64,000 nucleotides of DNA from positions 96,001-160,000 of the forward strand of contig OY969622.1 in NCBI GenBank assembly GCA_963701665.1, in the 5' to 3' direction. Shown here piece after piece: positions 29,513-38,091 of this stretch. Each line of letters begins with the position of its first letter. The stretch's first letter is position 1. Under the pieces are notes generated by a model. It worked only from the letters and a program-made list of their open reading frames with translations. It made no database searches and was not told where the DNA came from. Origin of the DNA: Candidatus Babeliales bacterium (GTDB lineage Bacteria > Babelota > Babeliae > Babelales > JANWKD01). The position numbers and the translations under genes were made by a program.

Positions 29513-30244
29513 TTAATTTTTACATTTTGTATTGTGTGCACAAAACAAACGATCAGTCAAAAGAATAAAATATTGTTTTGCAGTTTCCCGCATAATTTTT
29601 GTGGATAACTTTGATTCACCTCTATCGCGATTACGAGCTTCAATGGGCACTTCATAGACCGTTGCGCCACGTTGTAAGAATCGGTAGAGTGATTCGAGAT
29701 TGAAAGAAAAACCTTCAGACTTCAGATTTTTGATTGATGCTTCATTCAAGAGTGCAACATTATACAAACGGAAGGCCCCCATGCAATCATAGGGCATACC
29801 AAGTCCATATTTGATCATATTGCGCCAGAAATTAGTGAAAAATAATCGTATTTTTCCCCAACCATACATGGTACCTTTTCCAGCCCAGCGTGATCCGATA
29901 ACAATGTCATATTTATCTTTTTTATCAAGCATTAAGGGGATATATTTCGGATCATGCGTACCGTCTGCATCCATAGTAATCAAATAATTATAATGATTTT
30001 TATGAGCATAGCGAAAAGCTTCTAAGTGTGCGGTGCCTAATCCCAATTTGGCCGGACGATGTATAACGCGCACCGTGTGATCGTGCTCTGCCAATTCATC
30101 AAGTATTTTACCAGTATTATCCGGTGAATTATCATCACAGAACAAAATATCAATGGGTAGACCAAGGTTTTTCAGTTGGATATATAAACGGTCAACGTTG
30201 GCCCGTTCATTATAGGTCGGAATAAAAACTAAAATCTTATTCAT
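29513..30244 (-). CDS. GT2 polyprenol-phosphate mannose synthase-like glycosyltransferase
   Basis: PTYNE, DDNSPD.TG, KLGLGTA, MDAD..H, GSR and R..GESKL motifs (Dpm1/Ppm1-like). Confidence 0.88.
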   Translation of the reverse strand: MNKILVFIPTYNERANVDRLYIQLKNLGLPIDILFCDDNSPDNTGKILDELAEHDHTVRVIHRPAKLGLGTAHLEAFRYAHKNHYNYLITMDADGTHDPKYIPLMLDKKDKYDIVIGSRWAGKGTMYGWGKIRLFFTNFWRNMIKYGLGMPYDCMGAFRLYNVALLNEASIKNLKSEGFSFNLESLYRFLQRGATVYEVPIEARNRDRGESKLSTKIMRETAKQYFILLTDRLFCAHNTKCKN

Positions 30245-30336
30245 TAATATATTTCTTTCAGAGTTTATTAAAAAGTGCGGGTGCACAAATAAATAGATTA
30301 ACAGTTCTTATCTTTTTTCCTAGTTTTATACGTAGT

Positions 30337-32499
30337 TTATAACGTTTTTTCGCCGCCGCCCCTGCGCGCCAATGCATCACTCACGAGGGTAAGGTGCGCG
30401 ACATCGATCAAACGCTCGCGGCTAATTGGCATTGGTAACGCTCGTTCTTGTAAAGAGGCAAAAAACTGACGTAACAGCGGTTCATGACCTTTATCCACTG
30501 CAGAAGCTTTTTCATTAAATGAAGCTGGCAGCCCAAATCCTTGCAATGATACATAATCATCCATCACCATTGCTTTGCCATCAAAAAAGAGCTCCATACG
30601 TTCTTTGCCAAGTCCTGGATGACCTAAGGCCGTATACAACAGTGTGCACACTGAACCATCAACAAAACGTATCTGCACAGAAACATTATCCGTTGCAAGT
30701 AGATTTTCATGAGGGGGATTGAGGGATTCAACAGAAATAGAAACTGGTTTTGCACCGACTAAATAATAAAATAAATCAAAAATATGGCATGCTTCACCAA
30801 TAATTCTGCCAGCGCCAATTTCTTTTTGAACCCAGTGTTCTTTAGGAATATAGCCCGCGTTCATACGATAATGAATCATTATCGGAGAACTTCGGTGAGC
30901 AAGAACATTTTTTATTTTAGTAATGAAAGGTGCAAATGATCGGTTGTAATCAACGCATAACGGCAAAGTATCATTTTTTTCTAGAAACGTCGCTAAACGC
31001 TCAAGTTGCTCAAATGAAGTAACCATCGGCTTTTCTGCAAAAACTGCTTTTCCTTTACTTAGTGCCGTTATAATTTGATCACCATGTAATGCATGCGGTG
31101 TTGCAATTACTACAACATCAACTAAATCTTTATCGAATAATTCTTTATCATCAACCAATGCAGTGGCACAGCCATATAAACGAGAAACATTAATTGAATT
31201 AGCAACATCGGCATCCACAATAGCTTCAATTTTTGCCTGTTTTATTTTTGCCACAATCGGCATCAATTTCACTTTTGCAAAACCACCTGCCCCAATAAAT
31301 CCTACGCGCAACCGCGTTGTGCAAGCCGGTTTAAAGATAATGTCCTGTGCCGCCTCTTCATTTTTTTGTTCTTCAGGTACGGCATTATCTTTTTGATCAT
31401 ATGATAAAATAATACCGAGACATTGTTTTTCTTTCAGGCGCTCGTATGCTTGCTCTGCTTGTTCGAGTGGCACTGATTGAGAAACGAGTGCATCAATATT
31501 AATCTGATTTTTTTCTACGAGAGCAAGAAACGCTTGCATGTTTCTATTTTCAGTCCAACGAACGTACGCATAGGGATAATCGTTACCTTCTTGCTCATAC
31601 AACGAATCATAGCGCCCAGGGCCGTAGGAACATGAAACAAGAAAATCAATTTCTTTTTGATAAAATGGCGCGCGTTCAAGACCAAGGCCAACATCACCGA
31701 CAAGAATAACTTTTCCTTTTTTGCGCGTGATTTCCATCGCTTGCTGAACGAGGGCGTTGCTTGATGAAGCCGCGGTTATAATCGTGCAATCGGCACCATA
31801 ATTTTGTGTAAAAAACGCAACATCTTTTTGCAACGAGGGCGATACTGCATTAAACACTCGGTCAGCACCCAATTGTGTAGCGAGTGCAAGACGCTCATCA
31901 AGAATATCAATACCAATAACTGAACAGCCCGCGCGTTTTGCAAGTTGCACCGTAATTTGGCCAAGTAATCCTAAACCTAAGACAGCGACCGTTTCGCCAA
32001 GTTGCAATTGCGCGCGTCGTATTCCTTGTAAGGCGATCGCTCCGATTGTTGTGACACTCGCTTTTTTTAAATGCGCGCGTTCAGAAACTTTCACGACTAA
32101 ATTTTCAGGCACACACACAAATTCTGCATGGTTTGCGTATCCGGAACCAGCGCACGCAACTAGATCGCCAGCGCGAATACTTTTTACTTTACTGCCAACA
32201 GCAACAACCGTTCCAGAGCAAGAATAGCCAAGTGATTGCACCGTTCCGCTTAAACGACCCTTTACTAATGCTTGCGTTCCTTCAAAACCATTGGCTGCGA
32301 GCGATTCTAATACTTTTTTTATTTTTTGCGGAATATTAGTAAAAAAAACATTTTTTGAAGCGTTTGAAATAGTTGCCGATTCAGTGCCAGAACTAATAAA
32401 AGAATAGTTTACACTCACCAGCACTAAATTTTCATCTAATAGCGGTTCACACACTTCTTTGATGGCAATATGATTCTTTTCAATAAAAAGTTGACGCAT
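30337..32499 (-). CDS. Bi-domain oxidoreductase (MDR + Gfo/Idh/MocA)
   Basis: ISSGTE, LGYSCSG, GLGLLG, SYGPGRYD, then IGAGGF, EKPM and GEACH. Confidence 0.9.
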   Translation of the reverse strand: MRQLFIEKNHIAIKEVCEPLLDENLVLVSVNYSFISSGTESATISNASKNVFFTNIPQKIKKVLESLAANGFEGTQALVKGRLSGTVQSLGYSCSGTVVAVGSKVKSIRAGDLVACAGSGYANHAEFVCVPENLVVKVSERAHLKKASVTTIGAIALQGIRRAQLQLGETVAVLGLGLLGQITVQLAKRAGCSVIGIDILDERLALATQLGADRVFNAVSPSLQKDVAFFTQNYGADCTIITAASSSNALVQQAMEITRKKGKVILVGDVGLGLERAPFYQKEIDFLVSCSYGPGRYDSLYEQEGNDYPYAYVRWTENRNMQAFLALVEKNQINIDALVSQSVPLEQAEQAYERLKEKQCLGIILSYDQKDNAVPEEQKNEEAAQDIIFKPACTTRLRVGFIGAGGFAKVKLMPIVAKIKQAKIEAIVDADVANSINVSRLYGCATALVDDKELFDKDLVDVVVIATPHALHGDQIITALSKGKAVFAEKPMVTSFEQLERLATFLEKNDTLPLCVDYNRSFAPFITKIKNVLAHRSSPIMIHYRMNAGYIPKEHWVQKEIGAGRIIGEACHIFDLFYYLVGAKPVSISVESLNPPHENLLATDNVSVQIRFVDGSVCTLLYTALGHPGLGKERMELFFDGKAMVMDDYVSLQGFGLPASFNEKASAVDKGHEPLLRQFFASLQERALPMPISRERLIDVAHLTLVSDALARRGGGEKTL

Positions 32500-33854
32500 T
32501 ATTGATACTCCTTGTCAAACAATGTCGTTGATGGCGAGCTAAAATAGGCAGGTTCAAAAGGCGTCATGGTCTCAACACTATTTGCAGGCCAGAAGAGCAC
32601 TTCTTGCGCAGATGAATCAGCGTGCGGTTTATATAATAACCCACAAAAATCGAGAACTTTTTTATGCGTGCTCATATGGCGGTCAATATTTTTAAATTGA
32701 CGGTGTGGCACTAAACAAACAACTATATCCGCACGATCTATACCTTCTTGCAATGATACAACCGCATTATTGAATAACGATTCAAGGGCTGTTTGTGCAA
32801 CATTAGGCTCTGTTACTAAAAGCTGGCAGTCTGCATACTTTTGCAAAGTACGTGCAATCATTAAAGCAGGGGATTCGCGCATATCATCAACATCAGCTTT
32901 GTAGGTTAATCCTAAGATAAGTACGGTAGGATTTCCTTCATGGTTCTTCTGCCACTCCTGAACCCACGATCGTGTTAACGAGATAACTTGTAAGGGCTTT
33001 GCGTCGTTAACGGCACGCGCGGTGTGCAATAAATGTGATTGCTGTGGGAAGGTCTCAATAAGAAACCAAGGATCAACGGCAATGCAATGACCGCCAACGC
33101 CACACGAGGGATTAAGAATATTCACACGCGGATGTTTGTTGGCGAGTGCAATAACTTCAAATGGATCTAACCCTGTTGCGTACGCCATGGCAGCGACTTG
33201 ATTAGCAAATGCAATGGCAACATCGCGCGAACTATTTTCAACGAGCTTGACCATTTCAGCAGTTGTTGCATTCGTTAAATACAATTGTCCCTTAACAAAT
33301 TGCTTATAAAAAACTTTAGCGCGATCGACAGAGTCATGGTTAATCCCGCCAATAATGCGCGCGTTATATATGAGTTCATAAAAAATTTTTCCTGGTAATA
33401 CGCGTTCAGGGCAATGCGCAACAAAAAAATCATGCCCGGCTCGCAAACCAGTCTTTTTTTCTAGAACGCGTGCACATTGATCAGTGACGCCAACCGGCAC
33501 GGTGGATTCGATAATCACAACATCATTACGTTTGAGCAGCGGAGCAAGTTGATCAATGGCCATCATGACGTAGGAAATATCAGCTTTCTTATCTTCTTTG
33601 AACGGCGTTGGCACTGCAACTATAAAACAATCTGCCTGTTCTAAAACTGTTGTGGCGCGAAAAATGCCTGATCTAATTAATGGTTGTAGCCGCTCAATAC
33701 TTTCTGGTTCTTGAATGACAGGATCATAGTTATTTATTCGATCGACACGCTGCGCATCGATATCAAACCCCACAACTTCAAAACCATGCTCTGCAGCAAC
33801 AATTGCGGTTGGCAATCCAATATAACCAAGCCCCATTATACAAATCTTTTTCAT
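32499..33854 (-). CDS. wecC: UDP-N-acetyl-D-mannosamine dehydrogenase
   Basis: GLGYIGLPTA, ESTVPVG, HCPERVLPG, GVGGHCIAVDPWF and YKADVDD.RESP motifs. Confidence 0.9.
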   Translation of the reverse strand: MKKICIMGLGYIGLPTAIVAAEHGFEVVGFDIDAQRVDRINNYDPVIQEPESIERLQPLIRSGIFRATTVLEQADCFIVAVPTPFKEDKKADISYVMMAIDQLAPLLKRNDVVIIESTVPVGVTDQCARVLEKKTGLRAGHDFFVAHCPERVLPGKIFYELIYNARIIGGINHDSVDRAKVFYKQFVKGQLYLTNATTAEMVKLVENSSRDVAIAFANQVAAMAYATGLDPFEVIALANKHPRVNILNPSCGVGGHCIAVDPWFLIETFPQQSHLLHTARAVNDAKPLQVISLTRSWVQEWQKNHEGNPTVLILGLTYKADVDDMRESPALMIARTLQKYADCQLLVTEPNVAQTALESLFNNAVVSLQEGIDRADIVVCLVPHRQFKNIDRHMSTHKKVLDFCGLLYKPHADSSAQEVLFWPANSVETMTPFEPAYFSSPSTTLFDKEYQ

Positions 33855-33883
33855 GGGAGATTCCTTTTTTTGCAATCTTTTTT

Positions 33884-35062
33884 TTAGAGACTTGCCGTGT
33901 GAAATTTTTGCACTGAATCAAAATGAGGAGCATGATTGCGCTTGGTTTGGACAATATGAGCAATCATATCGGCAGCATGTCCAGTACCATAAATTGATGT
34001 TGATTGTGCTTGCACGCTCGGCGCATCATGCGATAACGTATGCATTGCTTTTTGGATTGTTTCAGGATTTGTGCCCACTAATGTTGCAAGCCCAGTCCAT
34101 AAACCTTCAACGCGCTCAGTTTTTTCACGTAATACAAGTACCGGTTTTCCTAAACTGATCGCTTCTTCTTGAATACCACCAGAATCAGTCGCAATCCAAT
34201 CAGCATTAAGTAATAGATATACTATTTCTTTATAGAGCAAAGGCCGGGTTAAGTATAAATTTGGAACTTTCGCTATACCAACTGTATCAACTGCTTCAAG
34301 TACATGTGGATTTGGGTGATAGGGATAAAAGAAAAAAGTATCAGGATTATTTGCTGCAAATTCTTTTATTGCAGTTAAGATTCGTACGATACCACCATTA
34401 AATGATTCTCGGCGATGCACCGTCAAAAGTACAATTTTTTTTCCGAGCAATTTGCATTCTTGGACTTTTTGCGTAATTTTTTCATCAATTATAAGTTCAT
34501 TGAGCGCGATTTTTTCTTTTATAATACGCAACGTATCAACAACAGTATTTCCGGTACAATAAATTGCTTCGCGCGAAACACCTTCAGCAAGCAAATTACC
34601 AACGTTGAGTGGCGTTGGTGCAAAATGGTATTGTGTCACCATCGAAATAAAACGACGATTCATTTCTTCAGGAAATGGGCTCTTAATATCATTGGTACGT
34701 AAGCCAGCTTCAACGTGCCCAATAGGAATATTTAAATAAAAAGCAGCCATCGCCGCAGCCATACTTGAAGTTGTATCACCTTGCACTAACACTAAGCATG
34801 GATTTACTTTGTTATAAAATATTTTTAATTTTTGCAAAGCAGTTTCAGTAATATGAAAAAGATCTTGATTTGGTTGCATGATATCAAGTTGATAATCAGG
34901 AACTATACCAAAAAGATCGTAGACTTCTTGTAATAGATAGGAATGTTGATCAGTTGAGCAGAGTACAATCGAAATTTGCATTTTTTTGAATGCAAGATAC
35001 AGAGGAATCATTTTGATGCCTTCTGGTCGTGTACCAACTATGAGAACAATAGGACTTGTCAT
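33884..35062 (-). CDS. wecB: UDP-GlcNAc 2-epimerase (non-hydrolysing)
   Basis: GTRPE.IK, VQGDT, HVEAGLRT, PFPEE.NR and TDSGGIQEEA motifs. Confidence 0.95.
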   Translation of the reverse strand: MTSPIVLIVGTRPEGIKMIPLYLAFKKMQISIVLCSTDQHSYLLQEVYDLFGIVPDYQLDIMQPNQDLFHITETALQKLKIFYNKVNPCLVLVQGDTTSSMAAAMAAFYLNIPIGHVEAGLRTNDIKSPFPEEMNRRFISMVTQYHFAPTPLNVGNLLAEGVSREAIYCTGNTVVDTLRIIKEKIALNELIIDEKITQKVQECKLLGKKIVLLTVHRRESFNGGIVRILTAIKEFAANNPDTFFFYPYHPNPHVLEAVDTVGIAKVPNLYLTRPLLYKEIVYLLLNADWIATDSGGIQEEAISLGKPVLVLREKTERVEGLWTGLATLVGTNPETIQKAMHTLSHDAPSVQAQSTSIYGTGHAADMIAHIVQTKRNHAPHFDSVQKFHTASL

Positions 35063-35158
35063 AACACTCTCTCCGTATCATGAGGATCATAGATAGTTAT
35101 GGTCCAAGATATCATAGTGAGCATAATTGAACAAGAGGGGGAAATGTGAGCGATGTAA

Positions 35159-35575
35159 TTATTTTGCTGGAATACAACGTTGCATTATATCATGCATAAT
35201 TTGATAATATTTGTTAGCACGTTCGCTAATTTCTTGTGCGAGAGCCTCATTGTACGTATGAGAAGTTAGATTGCGATCATCAACCATCCCTAGTAGTGTT
35301 TCAAATTGCTCAGCAGAAATTATTTTTGCATTAAGAGATTCTCTAAAAATTGCTTTAGGACTACTAATTATAATGTTAATTTTATGTTCAGATCCTAAAT
35401 ATTCCTTTAGATATTTCCAAAAAGTATCCATAGAATATTCAAATCGTTTAATGACTGAATCTCGCAATTCATTATGCAATTCTTTATACTTAGGGTTTCT
35501 AATAACTTCTAAAGATTCATGTAATGTCTTTAATGTTTGCATTACAACTTGATATTTGGTTTCTAAGCTTTCCAT
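35159..35575 (-). CDS. HEPN (HI0074-like) toxin/RNase
   Basis: RDS.IKRFEY and RNLTSHTY (Rx4H) motifs. Confidence 0.9.
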   Translation of the reverse strand: MESLETKYQVVMQTLKTLHESLEVIRNPKYKELHNELRDSVIKRFEYSMDTFWKYLKEYLGSEHKINIIISSPKAIFRESLNAKIISAEQFETLLGMVDDRNLTSHTYNEALAQEISERANKYYQIMHDIMQRCIPAK

Positions 35576-35865
35576 ACCACTTTATCTTTCATAATTGCTT
35601 TTTGCATTGCGTCAGTAATGTTATGGAAATCCACAATATCAACTTTGTAGGGAATATTTGTTGCAACCATGATGTCTCTAAGCTCTCCCACCGTTAATCG
35701 TGGTAATTTTTTACCTGTATCAAGTGCCAAATCAATATCAGACCATTCAGCATTTGTGCCTCGGGCGCGTGAACCATAAAGATAAATCTTTGCTTCAGGC
35801 ACTAAGGCACTAATAATTGCGATAATTTTATTTTTACTCTCTTCTTTTACTTCAAATTTTTTCAT
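35563..35865 (-). CDS. Minimal nucleotidyltransferase (MNT) antitoxin
   Basis: LYGSRARG....SDIDL...VDIVD; overlaps the HEPN gene. Confidence 0.9.
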   Translation of the reverse strand: MKKFEVKEESKNKIIAIISALVPEAKIYLYGSRARGTNAEWSDIDLALDTGKKLPRLTVGELRDIMVATNIPYKVDIVDFHNITDAMQKAIMKDKVVWKA

Positions 35866-35945
35866 TTTTTTATTTTCTTGAGTCTATTTTTATTTATTCC
35901 TGAGTCGCATTTAGTATGATCGTAATTCTTGTTGTATGTAAAGAA

Positions 35946-37556
35946 TCAAAATAATTCTTTGATCGTAGCATCAACTTGCTTAGAAGTAAGCGTAGTCGCC
36001 ATAGCACGATAAAACTGTTCATCGTATTCGCGCGTTTGCACCACCACCGGCATAGCAACCGCGTGGCCAAGTAATAATGCTTGTTTTTTTGTGTCGAGTG
36101 AAGCAAGAATAATGCGCAAGCTGGTTGCATTAGTGACACCCGTCAGCACCGCTTGAATATCTTTTTCATCATTAAGTTGCGCGACTATTTTTGTACCAAT
36201 TTGGGAAATAATTTCTTGATCAATACCCGATGGGCGTTGATCGACAATTAAGAGCGATACATAATATTTGCGCATTTCACGCGCAATAATACCAAAAATG
36301 GTTTGGCGCGCGGCAGTTGGATTTAAAAATTTGTGCGCTTCTTCAATACAGATCATTAACTTTGTTGGCTCATCTTCAATGCGTTGTGAACCCAAAAACT
36401 TTTCTGTTTTATCAACATATTCTTGGTGAATGCGTCGCGTTATAATGTTGGCAACAAGTAAATAACAAAAAGTGGAAGTAAAATTGCCAAATTCAATGAT
36501 AATTGATGTACCTTTACTTATATATTCCATCATTTGATCAATAACAGAATTGTCTTTATAAGCGCCCGCTTGAGATGGTTTAAAAAATGGCAATCGTTCA
36601 ATACGTTTTAACTTGCGATATAGCGCCGCCACCGATTCAGGATGTGCACCTAATTCTGTTGCAAACTCTTTAAGTGTATCACCTTGAGAAAGTAGTACTT
36701 GCAACCAATCTCTTTTATATTTTGCTGCAATCAAATAGGCGCATTCAACGGCCGTTGCATGCAAATTCAGTTCATCCTGAAGGGAAAGAATGTCTTCAAC
36801 ATTCACACTTTGATAAGAAAGACTGACTTCAACATCAGCCATGCCGCCACGTCGGCGCGTTGATTCCGGATCTAAAGAGAAAATCACAATTTTACCGGGA
36901 AATAATGTTTTTAAGCCTTTGACAAACGCGTGCGATTTTCCTTCGGTGCGCGCCTGAAGGCCATATTCACTGTGCATATCAAAAATGATGGTAACTGCTT
37001 TTTCTTGTTTGATAAGCCCTGCTAACACTAAACGCGTCAAAAAAGTTTTACCCGTTCCCGTTTTTCCAAAAATCCCATTACTGCGCTCGGTTAATCGTTC
37101 AAGATCCAAACATACCGGCGTTTGCATATCGAGGGGACAGCCAACATTGAAATAACGCTGTGAAACATCATCTTCATTGCCAAAAATTGCCGCAACATCA
37201 TGCTTATCGGCTTCATGCACGGCAGAAAAATGAGCGGGGATAGTTTTAACCGGCATTTTTTCTAGGCGTTTAGTGAGCATCAGCATTGGCTTGAGTTGTG
37301 CCGTTGCATAGACATCTTTTTTGCGCAACATAGAACGCAAAAACGTTTCTTGTTCTGTGGGTGGAAATAATAAAATATCAGGATGGCTTACTGCCAACGT
37401 AAGATCGGTGATGAGTGAAAAGAAAGTATATTCACCACCAACGATAGAAACAAACTTGCCTGTTTTTATCTCTTCCAAGTTGGTGTCAGGATTAATGCGC
37501 ATCACTAACCCTTCAGTTAGTGAGCCAGAAAGAATATGTCCTAAGATTTTTTTCAT
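35946..37556 (-). CDS. HerA/FtsK-family ATPase (DUF87)
   Basis: N-terminal barrel-like region, GKTGTGKT, FDMHSEYG, IEEAHKF, AREMRKY and QRPS motifs. Confidence 0.88.
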   Translation of the reverse strand: MKKILGHILSGSLTEGLVMRINPDTNLEEIKTGKFVSIVGGEYTFFSLITDLTLAVSHPDILLFPPTEQETFLRSMLRKKDVYATAQLKPMLMLTKRLEKMPVKTIPAHFSAVHEADKHDVAAIFGNEDDVSQRYFNVGCPLDMQTPVCLDLERLTERSNGIFGKTGTGKTFLTRLVLAGLIKQEKAVTIIFDMHSEYGLQARTEGKSHAFVKGLKTLFPGKIVIFSLDPESTRRRGGMADVEVSLSYQSVNVEDILSLQDELNLHATAVECAYLIAAKYKRDWLQVLLSQGDTLKEFATELGAHPESVAALYRKLKRIERLPFFKPSQAGAYKDNSVIDQMMEYISKGTSIIIEFGNFTSTFCYLLVANIITRRIHQEYVDKTEKFLGSQRIEDEPTKLMICIEEAHKFLNPTAARQTIFGIIAREMRKYYVSLLIVDQRPSGIDQEIISQIGTKIVAQLNDEKDIQAVLTGVTNATSLRIILASLDTKKQALLLGHAVAMPVVVQTREYDEQFYRAMATTLTSKQVDATIKELF

Positions 37557-37574
37557 AGAATGATTACACAGAAT

Positions 37575-38078
37575 TTAATTCCGCTTATTAATAAAATTTC
37601 GAAGATCACGAATTTCATCTTCTTCCCCATCCCTATACCATGCAAATCGTGCTTCATTATTTTTGATTGCTTCATATATTTTTGCAATTTCTTCGGTAGT
37701 TACCAATCTAACGGATAGATTATGCCCAGAAAGTTTATCATTGATCAAAGCACGAAAGCGATAAAACCTATTTTTTAATATTAAAGGATATAAATTATAA
37801 CCTTCTTGAAAACCTTCTCTATCATTGCCCCATTGCCAGGGAAATGTAGAGACCAATCCTACCTTCATCAAACCTTCTCTTCCATGGATGTGATAACTAT
37901 TTTTGCCAAAATACAATGAATCTGTTTGATAAGCAATTATACGACCCTCGAATGGCACCATCTTCCTCCAATGACCAATTTTGGTCATTGAAGTTTCCTC
38001 AACCTTTTTTTCTGAATCTTCCATTCCAAAACCAACATTAACAATTAAAAGCGATAGCAAAAAAAGTTTAATATTCAT
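37575..38078 (-). CDS. Secreted hypothetical protein
   Basis: RBS ggag; MNIKLFLLSLLIVNVGFGMED signal peptide. Confidence 0.65.
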   Translation of the reverse strand: MNIKLFLLSLLIVNVGFGMEDSEKKVEETSMTKIGHWRKMVPFEGRIIAYQTDSLYFGKNSYHIHGREGLMKVGLVSTFPWQWGNDREGFQEGYNLYPLILKNRFYRFRALINDKLSGHNLSVRLVTTEEIAKIYEAIKNNEARFAWYRDGEEDEIRDLRNFINKRN

Positions 38079-38091
38079 CTTGATCTCCTGC

